Shown piece after piece: positions 20,045 through 28,380 of a DNA stretch of 64,000 nt (the stretch's first letter is position 1; every line of letters starts with the position of its first letter). This DNA comes from Candidatus Doudnabacteria bacterium (lineage in GTDB: Bacteria > Patescibacteriota > Doudnabacteria > UBA920): NCBI GenBank assembly GCA_003151625.1, contig PLYC01000010.1:4283-68282 (forward strand). The letters are read 5' to 3'. Made by a program: the position numbers and the translations under genes. Under the pieces are notes generated by a model. That model did no database searches and had not been told where the DNA came from. It saw nothing but the letters and a program-made list of their open reading frames with translations.

Positions 20045-20893
20045 CTAGTTAAATTTTAAAAAGTTAATAATATTAAAATTTTTAATTTGAGACTCAAGCC
20101 AATCGTTAAAATTAGCCGTCGGTAAGAATATTTCTCTTAGGTGCAATGAATTCCCCGTTTGTTCTTCCAGTATAATCAGGTAAAGCCCCTTGAGACCCGG
20201 AATAATTTTTGTCTCGCCGGGTTTTAATTCGCTCACGCTTTCACGCAGTTCCGGAGAGATGTCGGTAATTTGGACAAAGCCCATATCCCCTTCTGAACCT
20301 TTATCCGTTAAATTTTGGGCGTATTTGCCTGCTAACACCGCCATATCCTGGCCGCCGTTTATTTGAGTAATCAGATCGTTGGCCAAAGCGTAAGCGTTGG
20401 GGTTTAAATTCGGCTGTGAATTAAACCAAATTTGTAAGTGTTGTAAAAGCAAATTTGGTTTAATAACATCATTTTTAAAGCTGTTTGGGTCAAAGCCAAA
20501 ATTTTGCAACGACGGTTGAAAATTTGACTGGCTTTGCAAAGCGGAATATTCAAAGTCAATTTGTGCCCGATTAACCGAAATATCTTTTTGTGACGCCGTC
20601 TGAGCGACTACTGCTTCTTTAATTAATTGATTATAAATGCTAATTTTGAGTTGTGGATTAACGCTTCCGTTTGATGACAGTTGCGCAACGTTGTAACGCG
20701 TTAGAAAAGCGCTCATAAGGAGAGGTTGTCCATTAACCAACGCCATTGGTAAAGGAACTTTTTGAAATATTTTTACCTTTGCGGTGGACAAGCTCCCCGT
20801 ATATAGCCAAACTAACATTGCAACTGCAACTATTACAGCAAAAAGAAGTGCCCAAATAAGTGGTTTTAAAAAATTTATCCGCAGTTTTGGCAT
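20045..20893 (-). CDS. PpiC/parvulin-type peptidyl-prolyl isomerase (SurA/PrsA-like), membrane anchored
   Basis: N-terminal TM helix, then parvulin-like GDMGFV...GLYLIIL. Confidence 0.55.
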   Translation of the reverse strand: MPKLRINFLKPLIWALLFAVIVAVAMLVWLYTGSLSTAKVKIFQKVPLPMALVNGQPLLMSAFLTRYNVAQLSSNGSVNPQLKISIYNQLIKEAVVAQTASQKDISVNRAQIDFEYSALQSQSNFQPSLQNFGFDPNSFKNDVIKPNLLLQHLQIWFNSQPNLNPNAYALANDLITQINGGQDMAVLAGKYAQNLTDKGSEGDMGFVQITDISPELRESVSELKPGETKIIPGLKGLYLIILEEQTGNSLHLREIFLPTANFNDWLESQIKNFNIINFLKFN

Positions 20894-20899
20894 TAGTAT

Positions 20900-21268
20900 T
20901 TAATTTGCAAAAAAGTAATCTAGCCATTTTTTTGCGTTGTTTGTTGAATTTTGTGGCCCGGATGTTAAAGCCTGGGAATCCTGCGGCGCGTCTACAAAAG
21001 TATAGACTTGCTCCCCGGGTTTTTTTAAATTCAGCTGTTGTCTGGCCACACTCTCTTTAAAAGTATCGGAATTTAAATATTGCAGAGATTGGCTTAGCTC
21101 GTTATTCTTTTGTTGCAGTACATCAGCTTCCTGCTGTAAGTCCAACTTTTGTTTTTGAATTAATTTTTCACTTAACCACTGTTTGTATTTCCAATCCGCC
21201 AAAAAGGCCAGAAGGATTACCAGGCCAACTATCGTAATTTTGGATGACAAAGTTTGTTTGCTCATCAT
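20900..21268 (-). CDS. FtsB/DivIC-like septum formation initiator
   Basis: 122 aa: N-terminal TM helix, leucine-zipper coiled coil, and GEQVY-type C-terminus. Confidence 0.5.
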   Translation of the reverse strand: MMSKQTLSSKITIVGLVILLAFLADWKYKQWLSEKLIQKQKLDLQQEADVLQQKNNELSQSLQYLNSDTFKESVARQQLNLKKPGEQVYTFVDAPQDSQALTSGPQNSTNNAKKWLDYFFAN

Positions 21269-21292
21269 GTTGCTTGCTAAAAAAATTGCAAA

Positions 21293-21838
21293 TTAAAATT
21301 TTGTCGTATTTGATAAAGTCTGATGTTTGATTTCTAAATTTTCTGTCAAAGTTCCGATTACTGCGTGCTGATTATGTATTTTCCATAAAAAATCCTTAAC
21401 TTTGTCGGGGTGGCTGACATTTTTTAACGTTAAAGGGTAGGAAAGTCCGGCGGCCTGAACCTCAACGGATCCAAAACTAAACAACGATTGCCAAAAACCC
21501 TTAATTTGAAAACTGACATTTAAAATTCTCTCTAACGGGGTTTCAATAACCTTTTTGTTTAACAAATTTTTATGCACGACATTAATTAAACGCTTATCGG
21601 TTACAATATAGGCGTTTAACAACCACACAAAATAAATATGAACGCCGTAAATCAACACCAAGACTGTCCAAAAAAACAATAAACGGTCGTAGCTTCCTAC
21701 CAGCTCATATTTAATTAAAAAAAACCAGGGAAAATATATGAGTACGAAAATAATAATCACGGGTTTAAACAAAACCGCTTCGGTTTGCCGATATATAGTA
21801 ACCACTTTTTCTTTTTCCAATAAATTGAATTTAAACAT
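21293..21838 (-). CDS. Membrane protein with a bacterial PH (YdbT-like) domain
   Basis: Two TM helices, then a PH-like segment ..YIVTDKRLINV. Confidence 0.4.
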   Translation of the reverse strand: MFKFNLLEKEKVVTIYRQTEAVLFKPVIIIFVLIYFPWFFLIKYELVGSYDRLLFFWTVLVLIYGVHIYFVWLLNAYIVTDKRLINVVHKNLLNKKVIETPLERILNVSFQIKGFWQSLFSFGSVEVQAAGLSYPLTLKNVSHPDKVKDFLWKIHNQHAVIGTLTENLEIKHQTLSNTTKF

Positions 21839-22157
21839 TTTATTAGCGACGTAGAGTGAGTGAAAGTTATATTCAGATAACTTTCCGAGCCGAGGAGCTA
21901 ATACAGGTTCATCACCTGGTCAGCTCTTCGGAGAGCGAACCTTTATTTTGTGCCGATAAATGATCCGGCAAATAACGCGCCAACCATACTTAACACGACA
22001 ATAATCATAATTACTGCCATAATTTTATTTAGGTGTTTACGATTTTTGAACATGTGAAATTAAGTGATAATTAATTATAAGTAAAGGGAAGTTTTCATTT
22101 GACTCTTTTTGCATACCCGTAACTCAATACATTTTACCATATTTTAGAGAAAAACAA

Positions 22158-22186
22158 AAAGCCCTTACAATTATAAGGGCTTTTTT
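22158..22186. terminator. Rho-independent terminator hairpin
   Basis: aaaaagcccttacaattataagggcttttttag. Confidence 0.55.
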
Positions 22187-22369
22187 AGAGTGGCGCGGTT
22201 AAAAACTTGATAGCCACTCTCTTGTAATTTTTCCTTTAGCCACGGAAACCAATTTTCCTCGGGGTATCCTGCTGTGCCATGAAAAATGAACGCGTTTAAT
22301 CCCATAAAATATAATCAAAAATTATGCCAATTTAAAATTGGTTTATTGTTCTTTGCTGCGCCAAATAAA

Positions 22370-22633
22370 TTATGCCTGTACAAACACCGGGTCGTGTTCA
22401 TGCAATGTTTGTCCGACATGAATTCCCACATAATCACCCGGGTAGGCAACATGCATTGTTTGGTTGGCCACCTGCATTTCGTCAATAGTTTGGAAAAAAT
22501 CGCCATCGGGATCTTTAAAATGCAAAGTCTGGCCGGCCACAAGCCGACCCGAAAGTTTTAGATAGGCCATGCCCTTGTCATTATAATAGTGGAAGACTTC
22601 GCCTACTAACTCTTCGCTGGACATATTTATCAC
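22370..22633 (-). CDS. Hypothetical small protein
   Basis: 87-aa ORF with balanced composition. The overlapping plus-strand ORF 22286..22561 is judged spurious. Confidence 0.4.
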   Translation of the reverse strand: MINMSSEELVGEVFHYYNDKGMAYLKLSGRLVAGQTLHFKDPDGDFFQTIDEMQVANQTMHVAYPGDYVGIHVGQTLHEHDPVFVQA

Positions 22634-22682
22634 CCCCTTTACTTAAAGTATATACCTTTTTGGGAATTTGCAAATAATTAAC

Positions 22683-23189
22683 CTATCTTATACCACTGTC
22701 AAAGGTTATGGTGATTTGGGTGTATTTATTGCTCTGTACCGTGACGGCTTGTTCAACGCCGCGAGGATATTTATTGGTGCTTGCTGGCGCCAAAAGATAT
22801 GTGCCGGGAGAAAGGTCGGCGCTAAATTTCCCGTCCGTGCCGGAGGTAAAGCTGGAAATTTGTTTTGTGCCGTCTGCCGATTTTACATTTATTGTTGCCT
22901 GATACGGCTTGTCCGCGCAGTTTGGATCTGGAGGGATTTTTTGTACCGGGCAAGTTGGCCCGATTACAACAACACCCGCGATGCCGCTATGCATTGCGGC
23001 TGGTGTTGGGCAGGCGGCAAACTCACAGTTAGTCCCTGTCCTCCCCACATAACTGCCATCCGGGCAAAGCTTGGCTTCCTGGGTACAAGCTACGGGAGGA
23101 ATCACGCTCGGCGGTTGCCTTGTCCCGGGCGAATTGATGCCGCACCCTGCCGCAAGCAGTATCACGGAAAATAGAAATATTTTTTTCAT
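22683..23189 (-). CDS. Cys-rich secreted lipoprotein
   Basis: Signal peptide MKKIFLFSVILLAAGC with lipobox LAAGC, and many Cys pairs. The antisense track ORF 22668..23174 is spurious. Confidence 0.55.
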   Translation of the reverse strand: MKKIFLFSVILLAAGCGINSPGTRQPPSVIPPVACTQEAKLCPDGSYVGRTGTNCEFAACPTPAAMHSGIAGVVVIGPTCPVQKIPPDPNCADKPYQATINVKSADGTKQISSFTSGTDGKFSADLSPGTYLLAPASTNKYPRGVEQAVTVQSNKYTQITITFDSGIR

Positions 23190-23244
23190 AGTTTAGCAAA
23201 TAGTTGCAAGTTTAAAGTGGCCGCAGCAGCTAAGCAGTAAAGTC

Positions 23245-23310
23245 TCGGCGCCGTCCGAGCAAAACTTAAAAGGACCATGGCAATAGTCTCGCCTGGTCCT
23301 TGTTTTTTAT
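23245..23310. repeat. Island repeat unit R1 (copy 1)
   Basis: ..ccgagcaaaacttaaaaggaccatggcaatagtctcgcctggtccttgtttttta. Paired with 23796-23856. Confidence 0.7.
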
Positions 23311-23435
23311 ATTAAATTATTTTTCGGAAATTTCATCTTTTTCCCGTATTTCTTTCGCCGTATTGATAATTAGCCTATTTACAGACTCGTCTATAACGGT
23401 AGAGGCGGGGTCAAACGGCAAATAAATAAAAGGTT

Positions 23436-23471
23436 CCTGACACCTTTTCTGATCCTGACACCTTTTCTGAT
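23436..23471. repeat. 18-nt tandem duplication cctgacaccttttctgat x2, part of the motif aaaaggttcctgacacctttt that recurs at 23878-23898
   Basis: Direct reading of the sequence. Confidence 0.7.
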
Positions 23472-23518
23472 CAATCCCAGCCCTACGGGCAAAGACCGGC
23501 GCGACCTACAGTTTAAAT

Positions 23519-23548
23519 ATTGACTGTAAATAAAATTAGGCGTAATAT
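23519..23548 (+). promoter_or_regulatory. Strong sigma70-like promoter (TTGACT-N17-TAATAT) inside a repeat-flanked island
   Basis: ttgactgtaaataaaattaggcgtaatat, followed 7 nt later by ATG. See findings. Confidence 0.35.
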
Positions 23549-23795
23549 TTGCGTTATGGCAGACAATGAGAATCGAGGAAATTTCTGCAGCGGGCAACTC
23601 CCGGCGGGGGGTTTGGAGCCGGCTTCCAAAGGCAAGCACGGCTTCGATATCCCTGTTACCGAGGCCAAAGCGAGAGCTTCCATAAAAGTGACGGCGTATG
23701 TGCCGGCGCAATTAGAGCCGGTGGATTATATCGTCGCCACAGATCCGTCACACAAAGACGGCACTCGCGGCAGCTAATCAACAACCGCTCGATGT

Positions 23796-23856
23796 CGTTC
23801 GAGCAACTTAAAAGGACCGGCAAAAATCTCGCCCGGTCCTTGTTCTTTTATAAAAA
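23796..23856. repeat. Island repeat unit R1 (copy 2)
   Basis: ..cgagcaacttaaaaggaccggcaaaaatctcgcccggtccttgttctttta. Confidence 0.7.
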
Positions 23857-23912
23857 GGCACCTGGCACTTTAATGATTAAAAGGTTCCTGACACCTTTTT
23901 TGTCTTCTTTTT

Positions 23913-24710
23913 CTAAATTCTTTCGACCTTTTTAAATTTTAAATAATATAGTTTGTTTCGTTTTTCAATTTTTATAATTTCTTGCTTCGTTTTATCCTCC
24001 AAATCCGTTAAGCTTTTTAATAGCTTTTCATGCCAATAGTAAACACCACTTATATTTTTATTATCATCTCCAATCAATTGAAAATGTAAGACGAACTGAT
24101 ATCTGAGAAGCTGTTCGGCAAATAGTCTTTCTTCATCATCCAAAACATCAAGGTAGCTCGTCAAACCTTTGGTTTCTTTCAACTTTTTTGTTAGTATTAA
24201 ATTTTTATAAGCATCTCTTGAAAATTTAAACGCCCTTATTTCCGATAAAAAAGAATTAAAACTAGTAAGAGCCTGGTTTAATTCGGCAATTTCTTCTAGT
24301 ATACCGTCAGAAAAATATTTGACTGCAGGAAGAGTTGTTATGGCGTGAAGTGCAGTACTCTCTATTTCAAAAACTTGCATGAACGGCATCGCCCTGGTGT
24401 AATTATTTTCATACCAATTTTTTTCGAATTCTTTTTTATCTATTTCTTTAGGAATAGAATAATTCGGGTGTGTGCCAGTCCAGCCACGCATTGTTAATAG
24501 TTGTGATTTGATTGAATTAATACCCTGGAGGATCTCTCCCTGTTTTCCAAGCTCTTTATCCTTTTTCCTATTTAGATACTCGACTCCAGCAAGGAGGAAT
24601 ACAAACACTCCTAAAGGCACTCCGATAATGGTAGCCCAATTCGAAAGATGTGCTATAAAATTTGGTGACTTGGGTACACAGGCTAAGTGATATAAGTGTC
24701 TACACCACAT
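23913..24710 (-). CDS. Hypothetical membrane-anchored protein (AT-rich gene)
   Basis: 265-aa ORF, one TM helix (IIGVPLGVFVFLLAGV), no recognised motif. Confidence 0.4.
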   Translation of the reverse strand: MWCRHLYHLACVPKSPNFIAHLSNWATIIGVPLGVFVFLLAGVEYLNRKKDKELGKQGEILQGINSIKSQLLTMRGWTGTHPNYSIPKEIDKKEFEKNWYENNYTRAMPFMQVFEIESTALHAITTLPAVKYFSDGILEEIAELNQALTSFNSFLSEIRAFKFSRDAYKNLILTKKLKETKGLTSYLDVLDDEERLFAEQLLRYQFVLHFQLIGDDNKNISGVYYWHEKLLKSLTDLEDKTKQEIIKIEKRNKLYYLKFKKVERI

Positions 24711-24726
24711 TAAGTTTAGATGTTAA

Positions 24727-26592
24727 TTATTTTTTTAAAACAGCCAAAAACGCTTCCTGGGGAATGTCCACGCGGCCGATTTTTTTCATTCGCTTTTTGC
24801 CGCGCTTTTGTTTGTTGAGGAGTTTCATTTTGCGGGTAACGTCGCCGCCGTAGAGATAGCCGGTAACGTCTTTACGTAATGCCGATATAGTTTCGCGGGC
24901 AATTACTTTTCCTCCGATGACGGCTTGGATAGCGACTTCAAATTGATGGCGAGGAATTAGGGTTTTTAGGCGTTCAACAAGACTTTTTCCGTCTACGGCA
25001 GCGTTGGAGCGGTGCATTATCGCGGAGAGTGCAACAACCGGTTCGCCCGCCACTAAAATATCAACTTTAACTAAATCCCCTATCCGCTCGTCAATTAAAT
25101 CGTAATTTAAGGAAGCGTAGCCGCTGGAAACGGATTTTAGCTTGTCGTAAAAATCGGAAATAATATTGGCAAGCGGCATTTCAAAATGCATATCAACTCG
25201 GTCCTTACCAAGGTATTTTATGTCTTTAGATATGGCCCGGCGCTGGGTGGCAATTTCCATAATCGGGCCAATGTAGGTTTGAGGCACTAAAATATTTACG
25301 GACATCCAAGGTTCGTACAATTCCTTGATGATGGAGGGATCCGGAAACTCCGCAGGGTTGTGGATGTACAAATCTTTTCCGGCGCTGGTAACTACATGAT
25401 AAGCGACCGACGGCGCTGTTAAAATTAAATCCAGATTATATTCCCGAGTCAACCGTTCCTGCACAATGTCCATGTGGAGCAAGCCAAGAAAACCAGTGCG
25501 GAATCCAAAACCGATTGACGGGATATTAATCGGCTCAAACTCCAGGGCGGCATCTGACAGTTTTAGTTTGCCCATAGCATCCCGAAGTATGGGGTAATCA
25601 TCCCCGCTTACAGGGAAGATTGTGGCATAAACCATGGGTTTTACGTGTTTATAACCAGGAAGCTGCTGTACGTCGGTTTTACGCTCAAAGAGGGTTATTG
25701 TGTCGCCGACCCTGGCCTTGCTAACGTCACGCAAGCCGGTAACTATGTATCCGACTTCGCCGGTTTTTATACCGCCGCTTTTTTCCATTTTTGGATGGAA
25801 ATAGCCAACCTCCAAACTTTCAAACTGCGTCTGACTACCAATGGCAAATATTTTTTCGCGGTTTTTTAGCTCGCCTTCAAAACAGCGGACAAATACAATA
25901 ACGCCGCGGTGGATGTCGTAAGATGAATCGAATATTAAACCTCTTAACGGTTTTTGTTCGTCGCCGGTTGGAGCCGGAACTTTTTCTATTACCCGTTTAA
26001 TAATTTCTTTTACGCCTTCACCGGTTTTGCCGGAAGCATACAAAATTTCCTCATCTGTAAACCCAAACGCAACCTTAAGTTCGTCCGCGGTTTTTTGGCG
26101 GTCGGAGTTGGGCAGGTCAATTTTATTTACAACAGGAATTAAAACTAAATTGTGCTCAAGTGCCAAATGAACATTGGCCAGGGTTTGAGCTTCTATGCCT
26201 TGGGTAGAATCAACTACTAAAATCGCGCCTTCACAGCAGGCCAGCGAGCGGGAAACTTCGTAACTAAAGTCAACGTGCCCCGGAGTGTCAATCAGATTTA
26301 AGATGTAAGTTGTAGGGGCTGGCTTTAGCCGCCCGTCATCAGTAAGCGGGCGGGCAAGCTCGGCCCCTACAGCTAACTGATATTCCATCCTAACGGGTTG
26401 CAATTTAATCGTTATCCCCCGTTCGCGTTCCAAATCCATTTGGTCGAGTAACTGATCCTTCATGTTCCGCTGTTCCACCGTGTGGGTAATTTCCAAAAGC
26501 CGGTCGGCAAGCGTGGACTTGCCGTGGTCTATATGGGCGATAATACAAAAATTTCTAATATTTTTCTGGTTCATATATATTAACGGCGTCAT
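24727..26592 (-). CDS. lepA: Elongation factor 4 (LepA), carrying an in-frame palindromic insert in the G domain
   Basis: NFCIIAHIDHGKSTLADRLL, DTPGHVDF, NKIDL. 621 aa. Confidence 0.95.
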   Translation of the reverse strand: MTPLIYMNQKNIRNFCIIAHIDHGKSTLADRLLEITHTVEQRNMKDQLLDQMDLERERGITIKLQPVRMEYQLAVGAELARPLTDDGRLKPAPTTYILNLIDTPGHVDFSYEVSRSLACCEGAILVVDSTQGIEAQTLANVHLALEHNLVLIPVVNKIDLPNSDRQKTADELKVAFGFTDEEILYASGKTGEGVKEIIKRVIEKVPAPTGDEQKPLRGLIFDSSYDIHRGVIVFVRCFEGELKNREKIFAIGSQTQFESLEVGYFHPKMEKSGGIKTGEVGYIVTGLRDVSKARVGDTITLFERKTDVQQLPGYKHVKPMVYATIFPVSGDDYPILRDAMGKLKLSDAALEFEPINIPSIGFGFRTGFLGLLHMDIVQERLTREYNLDLILTAPSVAYHVVTSAGKDLYIHNPAEFPDPSIIKELYEPWMSVNILVPQTYIGPIMEIATQRRAISKDIKYLGKDRVDMHFEMPLANIISDFYDKLKSVSSGYASLNYDLIDERIGDLVKVDILVAGEPVVALSAIMHRSNAAVDGKSLVERLKTLIPRHQFEVAIQAVIGGKVIARETISALRKDVTGYLYGGDVTRKMKLLNKQKRGKKRMKKIGRVDIPQEAFLAVLKK

Positions 26593-26699
26593 TCTGAGGA
26601 GTGCATAAGGCGAAGAGTCTCTTAATTTCGATTGAGCTCCTTCGCCCGCTTAATTAGTCCTTTTGACGGGCTCAGGATGACGCCAAAGGGTGTTTCTGA

Positions 26700-28286
26700 T
26701 TAAAAAATCCTTTTTACCACATCCATAACCTGCCGGGACTGGCGTATGCCAAGTTTATAGGAAACAAACAAAAAAGCGAGGAGGGCAGCGCCTACCGAAA
26801 GGCCGGATTGGATTATTATCCCCAAAGTGGTATGGGTATTTACCAAAGGGGCAAAAATATAAATCGCGCAATAACCAACCAAACCCATTACCGTGCTTGA
26901 AGCTAAAATTTTAAAAATAAACGCTCCAACTTCAGAGTCAAACTCCGCTAGCTCGGCATTGTCTTTATGCAAAAACTGCCGCAAAAAAATAAACATTAGT
27001 ATTGCATCTAAAGTGCAGGCAATGGCAAAACCCGAAGCAATCCCAATAAGACCAAAGTTTACGCCTAAAACGTAAGCTAAAATAATATCCACAACAATGG
27101 AGCATAAATTAACAATGACCGGAATAATAGTATTTTGACGGGCATAAAAACTGCGGGAAAACAAAGGCGAAAGGCTTTGGCCAATAAGCGACAGCGATAA
27201 AATTCCGAAAGTCGTAAACATCAGCACGGTATCGCTCCAGTTGAATTTTCCGTGGCCATATATTATGCGAACAATATAAGCCCTGAAAATTATCATTAAA
27301 ATGGAAATGGGAATGATAAAAAACAGCACCATCATAACATTTTGCCCTAAAGTTTTTACAAAAGCTTTATTGTCTCTTTTGGCGTAGTGCTCCGAAAGCA
27401 AAGGAAAAGAAGCGGCAGATATGGACAGCGCAAAAACGCCCAAAGGAGCGGCCTGCAAATTATTGGCAAGATTAAAAATGGTTACAGAGCCGGCGGCCAA
27501 AATCGAACCGACCGTGGTGCCGACAATGAGGCTAATTTGGGAAATGTCCATGCCAATAATCCGGGGAATAAAAAGTTTGGCGATTTTTTTGAGCGCCGGT
27601 TCGCGCCAGTCAATAACCGCGTGCCAGCGCCAGCCGAAACGAATGGCTTCGGGAATTTGCACCAGCATATGGCAAAGGGCGCCTAAAATTACGCCATAAC
27701 CCAAACCCATAAGCCCAAAATGCGGGTAAAAAAAGAACAGCCCGAAAATTATGCCTAAATTGTACATAATCGGCGCAATGCTCAAAACCAGGAACTTTTT
27801 GCTGGCTGTTAAGTAGCTGGTAAAAATATTGGATGCCGTAAAAATTATGGGCGAAAGCAAAAACAGCCGCATAAGCTGTACGGTCCTCTCGAGTTTTTCT
27901 CCACTAAAACCGGGCACTAAAAATTTCGTTAGCGGGGTGGAAAGCATAAACATAACCAAACAGACCAAACCCATACCCAAGACCGAAATATTCAGCACCG
28001 AGCCGGCAATCCGGTTGGCGCGGTCTTTGTCTTTTGTCAGCCATTCCGTAAAAATCGGAATTAAGGCCACCGACAGCGTGCCCAGTATCAGTAGGTTGAA
28101 AATGAAGTCCGGGATACGAAAAGCCGCGTAATAAATATCCAGGGTGTTGCCGACCCCGATTTTGCCGGCAAGCAAAGGATCGCGAACCAATCCCACAAGT
28201 TTTGACAGCAGCGTAAAAAAGCCCACAATAATTGCGGCTTTGGAGACACTAAAATTTTGTTCGAGATTTTTAAGTTTATTGAACAT
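26700..28286 (-). CDS. murJ: Lipid II flippase MurJ (MviN)
   Basis: 528-aa polytopic membrane protein with the MurJ N-terminal signature SKLVGLVRDPLLAGKIGVGNTLDIYYAAFRIPDF. Confidence 0.85.
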   Translation of the reverse strand: MFNKLKNLEQNFSVSKAAIIVGFFTLLSKLVGLVRDPLLAGKIGVGNTLDIYYAAFRIPDFIFNLLILGTLSVALIPIFTEWLTKDKDRANRIAGSVLNISVLGMGLVCLVMFMLSTPLTKFLVPGFSGEKLERTVQLMRLFLLSPIIFTASNIFTSYLTASKKFLVLSIAPIMYNLGIIFGLFFFYPHFGLMGLGYGVILGALCHMLVQIPEAIRFGWRWHAVIDWREPALKKIAKLFIPRIIGMDISQISLIVGTTVGSILAAGSVTIFNLANNLQAAPLGVFALSISAASFPLLSEHYAKRDNKAFVKTLGQNVMMVLFFIIPISILMIIFRAYIVRIIYGHGKFNWSDTVLMFTTFGILSLSLIGQSLSPLFSRSFYARQNTIIPVIVNLCSIVVDIILAYVLGVNFGLIGIASGFAIACTLDAILMFIFLRQFLHKDNAELAEFDSEVGAFIFKILASSTVMGLVGYCAIYIFAPLVNTHTTLGIIIQSGLSVGAALLAFLFVSYKLGIRQSRQVMDVVKRIF

Positions 28287-28297
28287 TTAAAAATTGT

Positions 28298-28378
28298 CTA
28301 CTAAATACTAATCGTTCTAAAAATACTAAACTCCCATGAGGCCCTTTAGTACTTTTAGAGTCTTTAGTATTTAGTAGA
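28298..28378. repeat. CTACTAAATACTAA-family long inverted repeat (copy 1)
   Basis: gtctactaaatactaatcgttctaaaaatactaaactc...gagtctttagtatttagtagag: ~36-bp arms, near-perfect. Confidence 0.8.
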
Positions 28379-28380
28379 GG

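Noticed and set aside
22668-23174. 168-aa plus-strand ORF
   Set aside because: Exactly antisense to the lipoprotein gene, which has a clean signal peptide and lipobox. The antisense product is Cys/Arg-rich junk.
23436-23471. Possible CRISPR array
   Set aside because: Only two 18-nt tandem units with no spacer structure, and no cas genes in the window.
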